Source: an uncultured Gammaproteobacteria bacterium (lineage in GTDB: Bacteria; Patescibacteriota; Microgenomatia; Levybacterales; UBA12049). From it: a stretch of DNA of 64,000 nt. The first letter of the stretch is position 1. The number at the start of each line of letters is the position of its first letter. Location: positions 26,579-90,578 of the forward strand of contig CAYWPH010000001.1 of assembly GCA_964460145.1 (NCBI GenBank), written 5' to 3'. The translations under genes and the position numbers were made by a program. The notes below the pieces were generated by a model. That model saw only the letters and a program-made list of their open reading frames with translations, did not search any database and was not told the origin of the DNA. This document shows, piece by piece, positions 36,708 through 47,341 of the stretch.

Positions 36708-36735
36708 GAGGCTGATTTATGTTAAGATTAAATGT

Positions 36736-39435
36736 ATGTTAAATATCTTCGGAAAGCTTTTTGACTCTAATGAAAAAGAGATTAGTAAACTGAGTTCTTT
36801 AATAGAAGAGATTAATAGTTTAGAGCAAAAAGTAAAAAAACTAAAAGATGCGGATTTCCCCCAAAAAACAAAAGAATTAAAAGAAAGAGTTGAAGACGGT
36901 GAACCCCTTGAAAATATTATGGCCCAAGCTTTTGCTTTGGTCAGGGAGGCATCGGTTAGGACTTTGGGTTTAAGGCATTTTGACGTACAACTTATGGCGG
37001 CAGCCTCTTTGGCTTTCGGAAAGATAGCAGAGCAAAAAACAGGAGAAGGAAAAACTCTGTCTGCTACTCCAGCACTTTTTTTGCATGCACTAACAGGGAA
37101 AAGCGTTCACTTAGTTACCGTAAACGATTATTTGGCAAGAAGAGATGCCGGGTGGATGGGGCCTATCTTTAATTATTTGGGAATGAGTGTTTCTTCAATA
37201 ATAAGCGAGCAATCCTTTCTTTTTGACCCTAAATTTACAAATAAAGAGGCAAATGACGTCAGGCTTTTGCATTTAAAGGAAATAGAAAGAAGAGAGGCTT
37301 ATGAGGCAGACGTGGTTTATGGTATAAATTCAGAATTTGGCTTTGATTATTTAAGAGATAATATGGCTCAAGATAAAGACTCTTTGGTTCAAAGAGGATT
37401 TAATTTTGCTGTTGTTGACGAAGTTGACTCAGTACTTATTGATGAAGCAAGAACTCCGCATATTATTTCAGCGCCCGATGAAGAGCCTACCCAAAAATAT
37501 TATGAATACGCAAAGCTAGTTGATAAATTATCGTCAGACACTGACTATAAAATTGATGAGAAATTAAGAACAGCTCATTTAACTGATCATGGAATTGGAA
37601 AAGTTGAAAAGCTTTATGGACTTTCAAATATTTATGAAAAAGATTTCGATACGGTTTACCATTTAGAAGCAGCGCTTAAAGCAAGAACTCTTTTTCACAA
37701 AGAAAAAGACTATATCGTAAAAGATGGAGAGGTAATCTTAGTAGATGAATTTACGGGAAGGCTTATGATTGGAAGAAGGCTTTCTGAAGGTTTGCATCAG
37801 GCAATTGAGGCAAAAGAAGGAGTTTCGGTTCAAAGAGAGTCAAAGACACTTGCAACAGTTTCACTGCAAAACTACTTCAGAATGTACGAAAGACTTGCCG
37901 GTATGACAGGAACTGCAGTGACAGAAGCTGAAGAGTTTCACAAAATATATAAACTAGACGTTGTTGCTATTCCAACTCACAGGGACATGATTAGAAAGGA
38001 CATGGGGGATGCGATATATAAAACTTCCAGAGCCAAATACAGTGCGGTTGCTTTAGAAATTGAAAAAGCTCACAAAAAAGGCCAGCCAGTTCTAGTTGGA
38101 ACAACCTCTATTGATAAAAACGAAATAGTTAGTGAGCTTCTAAAAAGAAAAGGCATAAAACACGAAGTATTAAATGCTAAAAATCATGAAAGAGAAGCAG
38201 AGATTATTGCAAAAGCAGGAGAAAAAGGAGCAGTAACTGTTGCAACGAATATGGCTGGACGTGGAGTAGATATTATCCTAGGAGGCGATACTCCAAAGAA
38301 CACAGATGGAACAGATGATAAAAGTTCAACAGCTTGGAGTCAGTGGGAGAAAAAACATCAGGAGGTACTTGATCTTGGCGGATTATACGTAATAGGAACA
38401 GAAAGGCATGAATCAAGAAGAATAGACAACCAGTTAAGAGGAAGATCAGGAAGGCAGGGAGATCCAGGCCTTTCTCAGTTCTTTGTTGGTCTTGACGATG
38501 ATATTATGAGGCTTTTTGGGGGAGATACAATATCGGGGCTAATGACAAGATTTAATATGCCAGAAGACGTTCCTCTTTCGCATCCATTAGTTTCCCGCGC
38601 TATTGAACAAGCTCAAGTTAAAGTTGAAGGGTACAACTTTGATATCAGAAAACATTTGGTTGATTATGACGACGTTTTAAATAAACAAAGAGAAATAATT
38701 TACCAAAGAAGAAAATCAATTCTTGAAACAGATGAGAAATCTAAAGATTTAAGACAAGATCTAATTGAGAAAATTCATGCAAGTATTTCTGCAATTGTAA
38801 ACATGTATTCTGAAAGCTTTGAAGATGGAAAGTCCCCATCTGAAAAAATCGCAGAGCAATTTGCAACAATAATACCTTTTGATGAAAATTCAGTAAAGCA
38901 AATCTCTACTCAACTTGAACAACTGAAAAACTTAGAAGAGAAAACGTCTTTCTTAGTAAATATTTCCAATGATCTTTATGAAAAACGAGAAAAAGAAATG
39001 GGAGAAGATGTTATGCGCCAGTTAGAAAAATTTGTGTCTTTATCAGTTATCGATAACCTATGGGTTGATCATTTAGATGCAATAGATAATTTAAGACAGG
39101 GTATTGGACTTAGAGGATACGGACAAAAAGATCCGTTAGTTGAGTATAAAAATGAAGCATACACAATGTTTGAGAAATTAATTAATGCAATTGATGATGA
39201 AATGGTTCATAGAATCTATAAAATTCATGTTCATCAAAATCCACCTGTAGAAAATCCGCTTAATAGGCCTGGTGTTACTCAGAGTGCAGCCGGTTCTAAT
39301 ATAAATAAGGAAGTTTCAGATGATCAGAAAACTAAGGTTAAGAAAAAACTTGGCAGAAATGATCCATGCTGGTGTGGAAGAACTAAAGCAGATGGAACAC
39401 CTGTGAAATATAAAAATTGTCACTACCCGAATTAA
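36736..39435 (+). CDS. secA: Preprotein translocase ATPase SecA
   Basis: MLNIFGKLF N-terminus; DEAD motor motifs; C-terminal zinc finger CWCGRTKADG...NCH. The listed TTG start at 36706 spans the terminator, so ATG 36736 is preferred. Confidence 0.9.
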   Translation: MLNIFGKLFDSNEKEISKLSSLIEEINSLEQKVKKLKDADFPQKTKELKERVEDGEPLENIMAQAFALVREASVRTLGLRHFDVQLMAAASLAFGKIAEQKTGEGKTLSATPALFLHALTGKSVHLVTVNDYLARRDAGWMGPIFNYLGMSVSSIISEQSFLFDPKFTNKEANDVRLLHLKEIERREAYEADVVYGINSEFGFDYLRDNMAQDKDSLVQRGFNFAVVDEVDSVLIDEARTPHIISAPDEEPTQKYYEYAKLVDKLSSDTDYKIDEKLRTAHLTDHGIGKVEKLYGLSNIYEKDFDTVYHLEAALKARTLFHKEKDYIVKDGEVILVDEFTGRLMIGRRLSEGLHQAIEAKEGVSVQRESKTLATVSLQNYFRMYERLAGMTGTAVTEAEEFHKIYKLDVVAIPTHRDMIRKDMGDAIYKTSRAKYSAVALEIEKAHKKGQPVLVGTTSIDKNEIVSELLKRKGIKHEVLNAKNHEREAEIIAKAGEKGAVTVATNMAGRGVDIILGGDTPKNTDGTDDKSSTAWSQWEKKHQEVLDLGGLYVIGTERHESRRIDNQLRGRSGRQGDPGLSQFFVGLDDDIMRLFGGDTISGLMTRFNMPEDVPLSHPLVSRAIEQAQVKVEGYNFDIRKHLVDYDDVLNKQREIIYQRRKSILETDEKSKDLRQDLIEKIHASISAIVNMYSESFEDGKSPSEKIAEQFATIIPFDENSVKQISTQLEQLKNLEEKTSFLVNISNDLYEKREKEMGEDVMRQLEKFVSLSVIDNLWVDHLDAIDNLRQGIGLRGYGQKDPLVEYKNEAYTMFEKLINAIDDEMVHRIYKIHVHQNPPVENPLNRPGVTQSAAGSNINKEVSDDQKTKVKKKLGRNDPCWCGRTKADGTPVKYKNCHYPN

Positions 39436-40076
39436 ATCTTCAAATCCGAATAGATTTTTCTCATATATGGTAATAATTTTGTTTTAAGTTCATTTCTGTT
39501 ATTCATGGTTACAAGTTTTCTCGTTATTACTGAATGACAAACAGGACATAATATGCACCATTCATCTCGTTTTGTTGATTTAGGAACAATATGATGCCAT
39601 TCGCAAATACCGATTCCACACACTTCGCATTTTTGACCATATAGCCTAAGAGCCTCTCTTCTATATGTTGACCTTGTTGTTCCTTTTCTATTTTTCCATA
39701 AATTATAGTTCATCCTATAATATTTAATAACAACTTCTGTTACCCCTAATTTTTTAGCGATCTTTTTGTCAGTCATTTTACGCCAATTATATCTTATAAA
39801 AGAGCGCTCTCCTGTTTTTAGCTGATGTGTTTTTGATCTCATTCCTGCTTTATTTAACGCTTTTGACCAAGATCCGAATCTTCTCATAACTGTTCTTGGA
39901 GCTGGACCAGGAAACTTATTTAATTCTCTTGAAGTTGGTGATCTACCTAAAATCTTGTAGATACCCTTTAGATAATTTAATATATCATCGTTAGAGTAAT
40001 CTCTTTTAAATTTTTGATTTCTAGTTCGATTCAATACTTTTATTGAAGCATAAAATATAAAAAGTGTCATGGCCAA
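39432..40076 (-). CDS. Free-standing HNH homing-endonuclease-like protein
   Basis: C-terminal HNH/zinc ribbon (CEVCG...EWHHIVP...CILCPVCH); N-terminal RRFGSWSKALNKAG homing-endonuclease-associated DNA-binding module plus a helix-turn-helix. Convergent with secA, with a 4-nt overlap. Confidence 0.65.
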   Translation of the reverse strand: MAMTLFIFYASIKVLNRTRNQKFKRDYSNDDILNYLKGIYKILGRSPTSRELNKFPGPAPRTVMRRFGSWSKALNKAGMRSKTHQLKTGERSFIRYNWRKMTDKKIAKKLGVTEVVIKYYRMNYNLWKNRKGTTRSTYRREALRLYGQKCEVCGIGICEWHHIVPKSTKRDEWCILCPVCHSVITRKLVTMNNRNELKTKLLPYMRKIYSDLKI

Positions 40077-40120
40077 ATTAAAATTAATATTGACAGATAA
40101 AATTAGTCTTGTATAATTAA

Positions 40121-41593
40121 ATGGTTTTGGTCAATAAATTTATTAGGAAATACTCTTTTGAGATTGCACTATTAATTGGAACATTAATTTACTACCTCTT
40201 TTTTGTTAATAAAAATTTAGTGACTTTTGATGAGGGGTATTTTGTTCACAGTGCTGAAAGAATACTAAAGGGAGAGATACCTTATAAGGATTTTTCACTC
40301 CAGTATGGCCCAGTCTATTTTTACCTTCTGGCAATATTTTACAAAATATTCGGCACTTTTATTATTACAGGAAGATTTCTAAATTTAACATTTTGTCTTT
40401 TAATTATTGGCAGCTTACTCTATTTACTTAACTTACTTAAGATTAAGTCTAAAAAAGTAATTTTATTAGTTCTTCTTTCGGCTGTTTCTTTCGGATTCCC
40501 GCTTATAAATATTCCCAATATTATGTGGCCAACAGTACTGATTTCGATACTTCTTATAATATCTTCAATATTGTTTTTTCAAACTAAAAATACCCGTTAT
40601 TTATTTTTATTAGGAGTGCTTATTGCACTACTTTTTTCATTAAAGCAAAATTTTGCCATTGTTTATTTAATTTTCTATAACTTAATAATTATTCTTAAAG
40701 AAAAAAAAGACCTCAAAGAGGTTTTTAAAAATCTCTTAATTATAAATTTAACTTGGGGATTTTTAACTTTTTCTTGGATTTATTATTTTTTCTTAAGAGA
40801 TAATTTACAAGGATTTATTGATTATATAAATTTTAGTAAAAACTTTATTGCTTCTTATGCATTTTCTTACCCGCCGATTACAAATGTTTTTAAACCCTTT
40901 GGTTTTTTTAAGCTTATTCCATATTACTTGCCCATTGTTGTTTTAATAGTTACATTAATACTTTCTTTTAAAAAGAAAGTAGATTGGAAAATAATCTTAT
41001 TTTCCCTAAGTTCTTGTTTAGGATTTTTTGTTGCTATTTATCCTCAAAGCGATTTGCTGCATGTTTTTCCATTTTTTGGATTAATTTTAGTCTCGTTAAT
41101 TTTTTTATTTTATAAAGAAAAAATATTTAAATATATTGTAGTTTTAATTTTGCTTTCCAGTGCAATTGGTTTTTATTTAACATTTTTCCAAAACATTTAT
41201 GAGAATCATTATCTCAAGGATAACTCTGTTGTTTCCTTGCAGAGAGCAAAAGGAATATTGGTTGAAGAATCTCAGGCAACAACAATAGAATCAATAAGTG
41301 AATTTCTTAACAAGAATACAACAAGAAATGATTATGTATTATTTTACCCCTATCATCCTCTTTTTTATTTTATTTTTGAAAGAAAAAATCCTTCCAAAGA
41401 TCAAACTTATTATGTAAGAGCCTGGCGTTTTTATGATGATGATAAAATAATCTCAGAAATACGGCAAAAGAAGGCAAAATATATAATTGCTTATGGTCCG
41501 TATGTTTTTGATACTAAATTGTCTGATTTTATTATTAGTCAAGAAAAAGTCAGTAGTTTTAGATCTGTAGTGATTTTTAAAATTAAGTATTAA
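40121..41593 (+). CDS. GT-C fold membrane glycosyltransferase (PMT/ArnT-like, GT39/GT83-like)
   Basis: Ten or more TMs and an N-proximal VTFDEGYFVHSAERILKG (the DE motif loop of PMT/ArnT). Confidence 0.6.
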   Translation: MVLVNKFIRKYSFEIALLIGTLIYYLFFVNKNLVTFDEGYFVHSAERILKGEIPYKDFSLQYGPVYFYLLAIFYKIFGTFIITGRFLNLTFCLLIIGSLLYLLNLLKIKSKKVILLVLLSAVSFGFPLINIPNIMWPTVLISILLIISSILFFQTKNTRYLFLLGVLIALLFSLKQNFAIVYLIFYNLIIILKEKKDLKEVFKNLLIINLTWGFLTFSWIYYFFLRDNLQGFIDYINFSKNFIASYAFSYPPITNVFKPFGFFKLIPYYLPIVVLIVTLILSFKKKVDWKIILFSLSSCLGFFVAIYPQSDLLHVFPFFGLILVSLIFLFYKEKIFKYIVVLILLSSAIGFYLTFFQNIYENHYLKDNSVVSLQRAKGILVEESQATTIESISEFLNKNTTRNDYVLFYPYHPLFYFIFERKNPSKDQTYYVRAWRFYDDDKIISEIRQKKAKYIIAYGPYVFDTKLSDFIISQEKVSSFRSVVIFKIKY

Positions 41594-41595
41594 GT

Positions 41596-43332
41596 ATGAA
41601 ATTTATTAAAAATAATTTAAAAATCTTAGTGACTGCATTTCTTATTTTTATAATAAGTGCTATTTATATTACATATCCTCTCATATTTAATTTAGGAAGC
41701 CTTATAACCGGATATGGAGATCAATATCTTCATGTTTATGTAATGAATTGGGTAGTGCACTCTTTTTTTACAAATCCCTTAACAATTTTTGACGGAAGTA
41801 TTTATTATCCATTCCTAAACCCTATCGCTTATTCAGATATTTTTATAACCTCAAGCATATTAGGAATCATTCCTCTTTTTCTAATAGGTGAGCCGGTAGC
41901 TATTGTTAACTTTACTTTAATTTCATCAATTTTCATGGTTGGTTTTTTTACATTTCTGCTTTCCTATTATTTAACTAAGAACTTTTGGGCGTCGGTGGTA
42001 TCAGGATTACTTCTTATTTTCTCACCTGTATTTTTAGATAAAAAAACTCATATTCAGATTCTTTCTATTCAGTGGGTTCCTTTAGCAATTTTATTTTTTA
42101 TAGTCTTTACAAAAAGCTTTAAAACTCGTTATCTTTTTTTATCTTTGCTTTTTTTTCTTTTGCAATTTTATAACAGTTTTTTACCGGCTTATTTCTTAAT
42201 CTTTTTTTACGTAATTTATCTTTTGTTTATTTGGATTAAGGATAGAAAATCTTTAAAGAGAATATTTACTAAGAATAATTTGTTGATAATTGTCCTTTTA
42301 CTACTTTTAATAATTCCAATAATTAAGCCTTATTTAGACGTTGACAGAAAATACCATGCTGTAAGAGATATACGGGATGCAATCCATTTTGCTCTTCAGC
42401 CTGAAGATTTAATTTATCCAAACGAGCATACAATTCTTGAACCAATACTAAAAAATCTTTCTGATCTTCAAAGATATACAAGAACGGATGAAATCAAGAC
42501 TGGATATATTGGATTAATGTTTAGCATACTTTCTGTTTTTACATTTTTTTACTGTCTTAAAAGATTTAGAAAGATTAATATTTTACAAAAAAGCTTTTTT
42601 ACAACAGGACTCTTGGGTTTAATATTGAGCTTTGGTCCGGCTCTTCATTTTGCAAGGCAAACTATTCACAGTCCCTTTCCAATTATTTTGCCATATGCGC
42701 TCTTTTATTACATTATCCCGGGGTTTAATGGATTTAGAAATGCTGCCAGATGGGAAATGCTTTTTATATTCTGTATGGCGGTATTAATTTCTTTAATACT
42801 TCCTTTAGTTTTAAAAAACTTCAAAAAATCTTGGATTATTTATTTAATTTTAATATTAGGAATTGTTGTGGAATATAATTTTCCGATGAAGTTTTATAAA
42901 GTTTTATCTATAAATCAGTTCCCAAAAGTTTATGAGTGGATGAATACAACCCCAAAAGACTCAGTGTTTATTTTAATGCCGATTTATAACTGGAATTCTC
43001 CAAATTCAAGCATAGAACTTGAAAGACAATATTTTTATACAAAGAGTTTTCGAAAAACAGTAAATGGATATAGCGGTTTTTCTCCTGGGTCTTGGCAAAA
43101 AGACGTATTAAATCTATTTAATAATTTCCCAAGTACAGAATCTATTAATAAAATTAAGGCAATGGGGGTTGATTTTATAGTAGTTAATAAACAAGAGTAT
43201 GACAGTCTTTATAAGAATAAATATTATTTATTAGGAGATGGAAACTATGTTATTTCAGCCTTAAATAAGACTCCTAAACTTATCATAAAAGAAAAATTTG
43301 GTGATACTTTTGTTTATGGTTTTGTTGATTAG
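41596..43332 (+). CDS. Large polytopic membrane protein (GT-C/YfhO-like)
   Basis: About 13 TMs; follows a GT-C glycosyltransferase directly; no soluble catalytic motif recognised. Confidence 0.45.
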   Translation: MKFIKNNLKILVTAFLIFIISAIYITYPLIFNLGSLITGYGDQYLHVYVMNWVVHSFFTNPLTIFDGSIYYPFLNPIAYSDIFITSSILGIIPLFLIGEPVAIVNFTLISSIFMVGFFTFLLSYYLTKNFWASVVSGLLLIFSPVFLDKKTHIQILSIQWVPLAILFFIVFTKSFKTRYLFLSLLFFLLQFYNSFLPAYFLIFFYVIYLLFIWIKDRKSLKRIFTKNNLLIIVLLLLLIIPIIKPYLDVDRKYHAVRDIRDAIHFALQPEDLIYPNEHTILEPILKNLSDLQRYTRTDEIKTGYIGLMFSILSVFTFFYCLKRFRKINILQKSFFTTGLLGLILSFGPALHFARQTIHSPFPIILPYALFYYIIPGFNGFRNAARWEMLFIFCMAVLISLILPLVLKNFKKSWIIYLILILGIVVEYNFPMKFYKVLSINQFPKVYEWMNTTPKDSVFILMPIYNWNSPNSSIELERQYFYTKSFRKTVNGYSGFSPGSWQKDVLNLFNNFPSTESINKIKAMGVDFIVVNKQEYDSLYKNKYYLLGDGNYVISALNKTPKLIIKEKFGDTFVYGFVD

Positions 43333-43355
43333 CTTAAATTTGCTATGATTTATAT

Positions 43356-44225
43356 ATGCAGGGTAAAAGTATTCATTATCAAAAACTACTAAAAAAGTGG
43401 AGCGAAAAACATAAGGATCTACAAAGGCAGATTTTCGAAAAACACAAGGATGCTTTTGATTGGCTTGAGAATAATTCAAAACAATTAGTAGTTGGTTCAA
43501 TTGCCGGCATATTTATGCTTACAAACCCGATTATTCCACAAATTCCAGCTACTTTTTCTGCGGGCCTTTCTCAACAAGAACCAGTTGATAAAAGAGTTTT
43601 TCTAGTTTACGATTTAAAAAATGTTTTGCCTCCAGATGTTAGGCCGTTAACCTTAGATGAAGAGGCTAAAGTTACGGAGGTACTATCGAGAACTTTTGGT
43701 GTTAACGCAGTAGGAGAGCTATCAGGTAAAAGACTTAATTCGCAATATGGCTATATTGGCCAAGAGCAGCATTTGGCAAGATTTCCAGGAGACAATATGT
43801 TTGCTCATTTTGATAATCCAGAGGAATCTTTTGAGTTTGGAAAACATGGAATGGCTCCGGGGCTTGGCGCTTTTAGATATTTTGCTAATTCAAGGGGAGA
43901 AATGACAGAGGAAGATAATTTAAGAGAAAAATATTATATTGCAGTACAAACTTTTCTTTCCCCTGGTTTTAATGAAAACGTTAGGGAATATATGGATTTT
44001 TATAAATATAGAAAAATGCTTGTAGTAAATCCTCAAAATGGAAAAGCAGTTATAGCTGATATTGCAGACTCAGGTCCTGCTGCATGGACAGGCAAGCAAT
44101 TAGGCGGTTCGCCTGAAGTTATGAGATATTTAGAAAGAGTAGACGGTTCTCAAAGAGGGCCTGTTTTGTACTTTTTTGTAGACGATCCTGAAAATAAAGT
44201 TTCTTTGGGACCGGTTGGTTTATAA
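43356..44225 (+). CDS. Membrane-anchored RlpA-like double-psi beta-barrel (DPBB) domain protein
   Basis: The C-terminal LVVNPQNGKAVIADIADSGPAAWTGKQLGGSPEVMRYL matches the RlpA/DPBB pattern; one TM near the N-terminus. Confidence 0.5.
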   Translation: MQGKSIHYQKLLKKWSEKHKDLQRQIFEKHKDAFDWLENNSKQLVVGSIAGIFMLTNPIIPQIPATFSAGLSQQEPVDKRVFLVYDLKNVLPPDVRPLTLDEEAKVTEVLSRTFGVNAVGELSGKRLNSQYGYIGQEQHLARFPGDNMFAHFDNPEESFEFGKHGMAPGLGAFRYFANSRGEMTEEDNLREKYYIAVQTFLSPGFNENVREYMDFYKYRKMLVVNPQNGKAVIADIADSGPAAWTGKQLGGSPEVMRYLERVDGSQRGPVLYFFVDDPENKVSLGPVGL

Positions 44226-44559
44226 TACAGATATGAAGAGAAAACATTTTTATTCACATTTAGTTGAGACTACGCATATTACTCTTGAAATTGCAGAGCT
44301 TGATGTTACAAGTGGAGAAAGAGTACATCTTTTATCTTTGGTTGAGGCAAATATACATACAACTATTGTATCAAAGGTATTAGACGAGCTAGATCCTTTG
44401 GACAAGAAAAAATTCTTAAGTAATTTGTCTTTAGAAGATCATGATAAAACGTTGTCTCACCTTAAAGAAAATGTCAGTGATATAGAGGAAAAACTAAAAA
44501 AAGAGATAGATAAGGTAACTAAGGAGCTACTCGAAGATATTAAAGAAGCTAAAAGTTAA
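44215..44559 (+). CDS. Hypothetical protein
   Basis: A 114-aa ORF with no recognisable motif; acidic coiled-coil C-terminus. Confidence 0.35.
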   Translation: MVYNTDMKRKHFYSHLVETTHITLEIAELDVTSGERVHLLSLVEANIHTTIVSKVLDELDPLDKKKFLSNLSLEDHDKTLSHLKENVSDIEEKLKKEIDKVTKELLEDIKEAKS

Positions 44560-44876
44560 GATATGAAATGGCCGAATTTATTAAAATCTACTTTATTTTT
44601 TACGTCAAATTCTACTCCCTCTTTTTCAAGCATCTGTTTTTGAATACCTGGGCCTCCAAAAGCGTATCCAGATGATATTTCTCCTTTTGAATTAATAACT
44701 CTGTGACAGGGAATGTTTTTAGGATCTTTATTTGCATGCAGGGCAAATCCTACAACTCTTGGGTCAATTGATAAAAGTCTTGAAATTGCTCCATAAGTTG
44801 TAACTTTTCCCCTTGGAACCGATGCCACTAAATAGTAAACTTTATCAAACGTATTCATTTTATAAGAATATACCAA
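44556..44876 (-). CDS. Methylated-DNA-protein-cysteine methyltransferase DNA-binding domain protein (MGMT/Ogt-like)
   Basis: PCHRV active-site motif (NIPCHRVINSKGEIS); about 106 aa. Confidence 0.75.
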   Translation of the reverse strand: MVYSYKMNTFDKVYYLVASVPRGKVTTYGAISRLLSIDPRVVGFALHANKDPKNIPCHRVINSKGEISSGYAFGGPGIQKQMLEKEGVEFDVKNKVDFNKFGHFIS

Positions 44877-45628
44877 AAAATTATTGCAGCAACAATCCTA
44901 TAAATTCCAAAGGAAATAAAGCTATGATTTTGCAAAAATCTCAAAAAAAGTTTTACTACAATAACTGCTACTATAAATGATCCGATAAATCCTGTTGCCA
45001 GAATTGACCATTCATAAGTGTTAAATGAAAAATTGCTTTTTAACATATTAAGTGTAGTTGCGCCAAGCATTGTCGGGACTGCCAGTAAAAATGAAAATTC
45101 TGCAGCTGCTTTTCTTTTGGTTCCCAAAAAAAGTGCAGCAACAATCGTTGAGGCAGACCTTGATACTCCCGGAATAACGGCAATAGATTGGAAAATTCCT
45201 ATTATAAATGCATTCTTGAGAGTAATTTTTTCTATAGAATCAACATGATGATCTTTTTCTTTATACAAAAGCTCAAGGATAATGAGTAAAATTCCTCCGA
45301 TAAGTAAAGCCAAAAGAGTAATATAAAGGTTTCCTAAAAGAAATGATTTGATAAACTTAAAAAGCACAAAGCCTACAATAGCTGTTGGTATAAAGGCCGC
45401 TAAAACCCTTTTCCAAATTTCTTTGCTTTGTATAAAACTTTTAAAATATAAAGCAACAATTGAAAGTATTGCTCCAAGCTGAATGACTATTTCAAAGTCT
45501 TTTACAAAATCCGTTTGTCTTATTTTTAAAATTTCCAAGGTGAGTATCAGGTGTCCTGTTGAGGATATGGGTAAAAATTCTGTTATTCCTTCAACAATAG
45601 AAAGAATAATTGCGGCGAGATAGTCCAT
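44855..45628 (-). CDS. uppP: Undecaprenyl-diphosphatase (BacA/UppP)
   Basis: LSIVEGITEFLPISSTGHLIL signature; 8 TMs. Confidence 0.85.
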   Translation of the reverse strand: MDYLAAIILSIVEGITEFLPISSTGHLILTLEILKIRQTDFVKDFEIVIQLGAILSIVALYFKSFIQSKEIWKRVLAAFIPTAIVGFVLFKFIKSFLLGNLYITLLALLIGGILLIILELLYKEKDHHVDSIEKITLKNAFIIGIFQSIAVIPGVSRSASTIVAALFLGTKRKAAAEFSFLLAVPTMLGATTLNMLKSNFSFNTYEWSILATGFIGSFIVAVIVVKLFLRFLQNHSFISFGIYRIVAAIIFWYILIK

Positions 45629-45654
45629 AGCAATATTATATACTATTACTTTAT

Positions 45655-46074
45655 TTGCAAAGTGTGGCTAAATTACCTACAATTAACTCAATGGCAAGGA
45701 TTAAAAAAGAATCTGAGGATATTATTTGGGACAAAAAAAAGATTTTTGTAACAGTTGTTATAGCAATTCTAATTATTGCAATTGGTTTTCAATTAAAATC
45801 ATATTTGATAGCAGATCAAAATTCTCCAAAAGTGTCTGAAAAACTTAAGAAACAGGTAAAAAGTACTAATACTTCCGATTTATCAAATAATATAAGAGAG
45901 GGTATAGAAGAAAGCTTTAATAATTTAAAAAATCAAGCTCAAGGTCTTGACGTTGCAGAAATTGCCACTTCTTCTCCACAGGTGCAAAAAATCATAAATG
46001 ATTTAAAAACTCTTCAAGATTTACCTAAAAGTCAGTTAAAAAGCACTTGTGAGAGAGTTTGCAGCGGGTTGTAA
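45655..46074 (+). CDS. Hypothetical single-pass membrane protein
   Basis: One TM (VTVVIAILIIAIGF); no recognisable motifs. Confidence 0.35.
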   Translation: MQSVAKLPTINSMARIKKESEDIIWDKKKIFVTVVIAILIIAIGFQLKSYLIADQNSPKVSEKLKKQVKSTNTSDLSNNIREGIEESFNNLKNQAQGLDVAEIATSSPQVQKIINDLKTLQDLPKSQLKSTCERVCSGL

Positions 46075-47340
46075 ATGAAAGAAAAACTAAAAAAAATATT
46101 AAAAGTTTTAGGTCCTGGGTTTATAACTGGTGCTGCAGATGATGATCCTTCTGGTATTGCAGCTTATTCCCAAACAGGAGCAATGTTTGGGTATTCCCAA
46201 GCCTGGACAGCTCTTTTTTCTTTTCCTTTTATGACGGTTATTCAGGAAATTTGCGGAAGAATAGGGCTTGCTACAGGAATGGGGCTTTCAGGGATAATCA
46301 GAAAATATTATCCCAAATGGATTTTATATTCAGCAGTTTTTATTCTATTCTTTGCAAATACAATAAACATTGCAGCTGACTTAAGCGCAATGGCAGCGGC
46401 TGCACAGTTAATTATTAAGCTTCCATTTGCTTTTTGGTTAATTGTTTTAACCCTAACTACTGTTACTTTGGAAATTTTTGTTTCTTATTCCACTTACTCC
46501 CGTATTCTTAAATACTTAACGTTTTCTCTTTTTTCCTATATTATTGCCGGTTTAATAATAAAGCAGGATTGGATTAGGATACTTAAATCAACAGTTTTAC
46601 CAACAATTCATTTTTCAAAAGAATATTTGTTAAATATTGTTGCAATACTAGGTACAACTATTTCACCCTATTTATTTTTTTGGCAGGCTGACGAAGAAGT
46701 TGAAGAGGAAATAAAGAATCATAAAATTGCAAGCATGGGAAGAGGAAAGCCTCATATAACAGGAAAAGATATTAGCCAGTTAAGGCTAGATACGATTATT
46801 GGCATGTTTTTCTCAAATCTAGTAATGTTTTTTATTATCATTACAACAGCCTCAACGCTTAATTTAAACGGAATAACCAATATTGAAACCGCTGATCAGG
46901 CAGCACTTGCCCTAAGACCAATTGCTGGTGACTTTGCTTTTTTACTTTTCGCAGCTGGTATTATAGGCACTGGTCTTTTAGCTGTTCCAATACTTGCCGG
47001 AAGTGCGTCTTACGCAATCTCTGAGAGTTTTGGTCTCAAAGCGGGACTTAATAAAAAATTTTCCCAAGCTCCCACTTTTTATTTCGTTATTGCTATTGCG
47101 ACGTTACTTGGTCTTTTAATTGGATTTTTGCCATTTAAGCCATTTGAAATACTTTATTACGCTGCTATATTAAATGGTCTTTCTGCTCCAATTCTTCTTA
47201 TTTTAATCATGAAAATCTCAAACAACAAGCAAATTATGAATAATAGAACAAATCCACGAATTTCTAATATAATGGGGTGGACTATTACGGGAGTTATGGC
47301 CGTTTGTGCTATTTTTGTTGTCTTTTCTTTTTTAATTTAA
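46075..47340 (+). CDS. mntH: NRAMP-family divalent metal transporter (MntH-like)
   Basis: [32 protein letters not shown] is the Nramp signature region. Confidence 0.8.
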   Translation: MKEKLKKILKVLGPGFITGAADDDPSGIAAYSQTGAMFGYSQAWTALFSFPFMTVIQEICGRIGLATGMGLSGIIRKYYPKWILYSAVFILFFANTINIAADLSAMAAAAQLIIKLPFAFWLIVLTLTTVTLEIFVSYSTYSRILKYLTFSLFSYIIAGLIIKQDWIRILKSTVLPTIHFSKEYLLNIVAILGTTISPYLFFWQADEEVEEEIKNHKIASMGRGKPHITGKDISQLRLDTIIGMFFSNLVMFFIIITTASTLNLNGITNIETADQAALALRPIAGDFAFLLFAAGIIGTGLLAVPILAGSASYAISESFGLKAGLNKKFSQAPTFYFVIAIATLLGLLIGFLPFKPFEILYYAAILNGLSAPILLILIMKISNNKQIMNNRTNPRISNIMGWTITGVMAVCAIFVVFSFLI

Positions 47341-47341
47341 G

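Noticed and set aside
36706-36735. N-terminal extension of secA from a TTG start (MRLIYVKIKC...)
   Set aside because: The TTG lies inside the T-run of the upstream intrinsic terminator. The conserved SecA N-terminus begins at ATG 36736.
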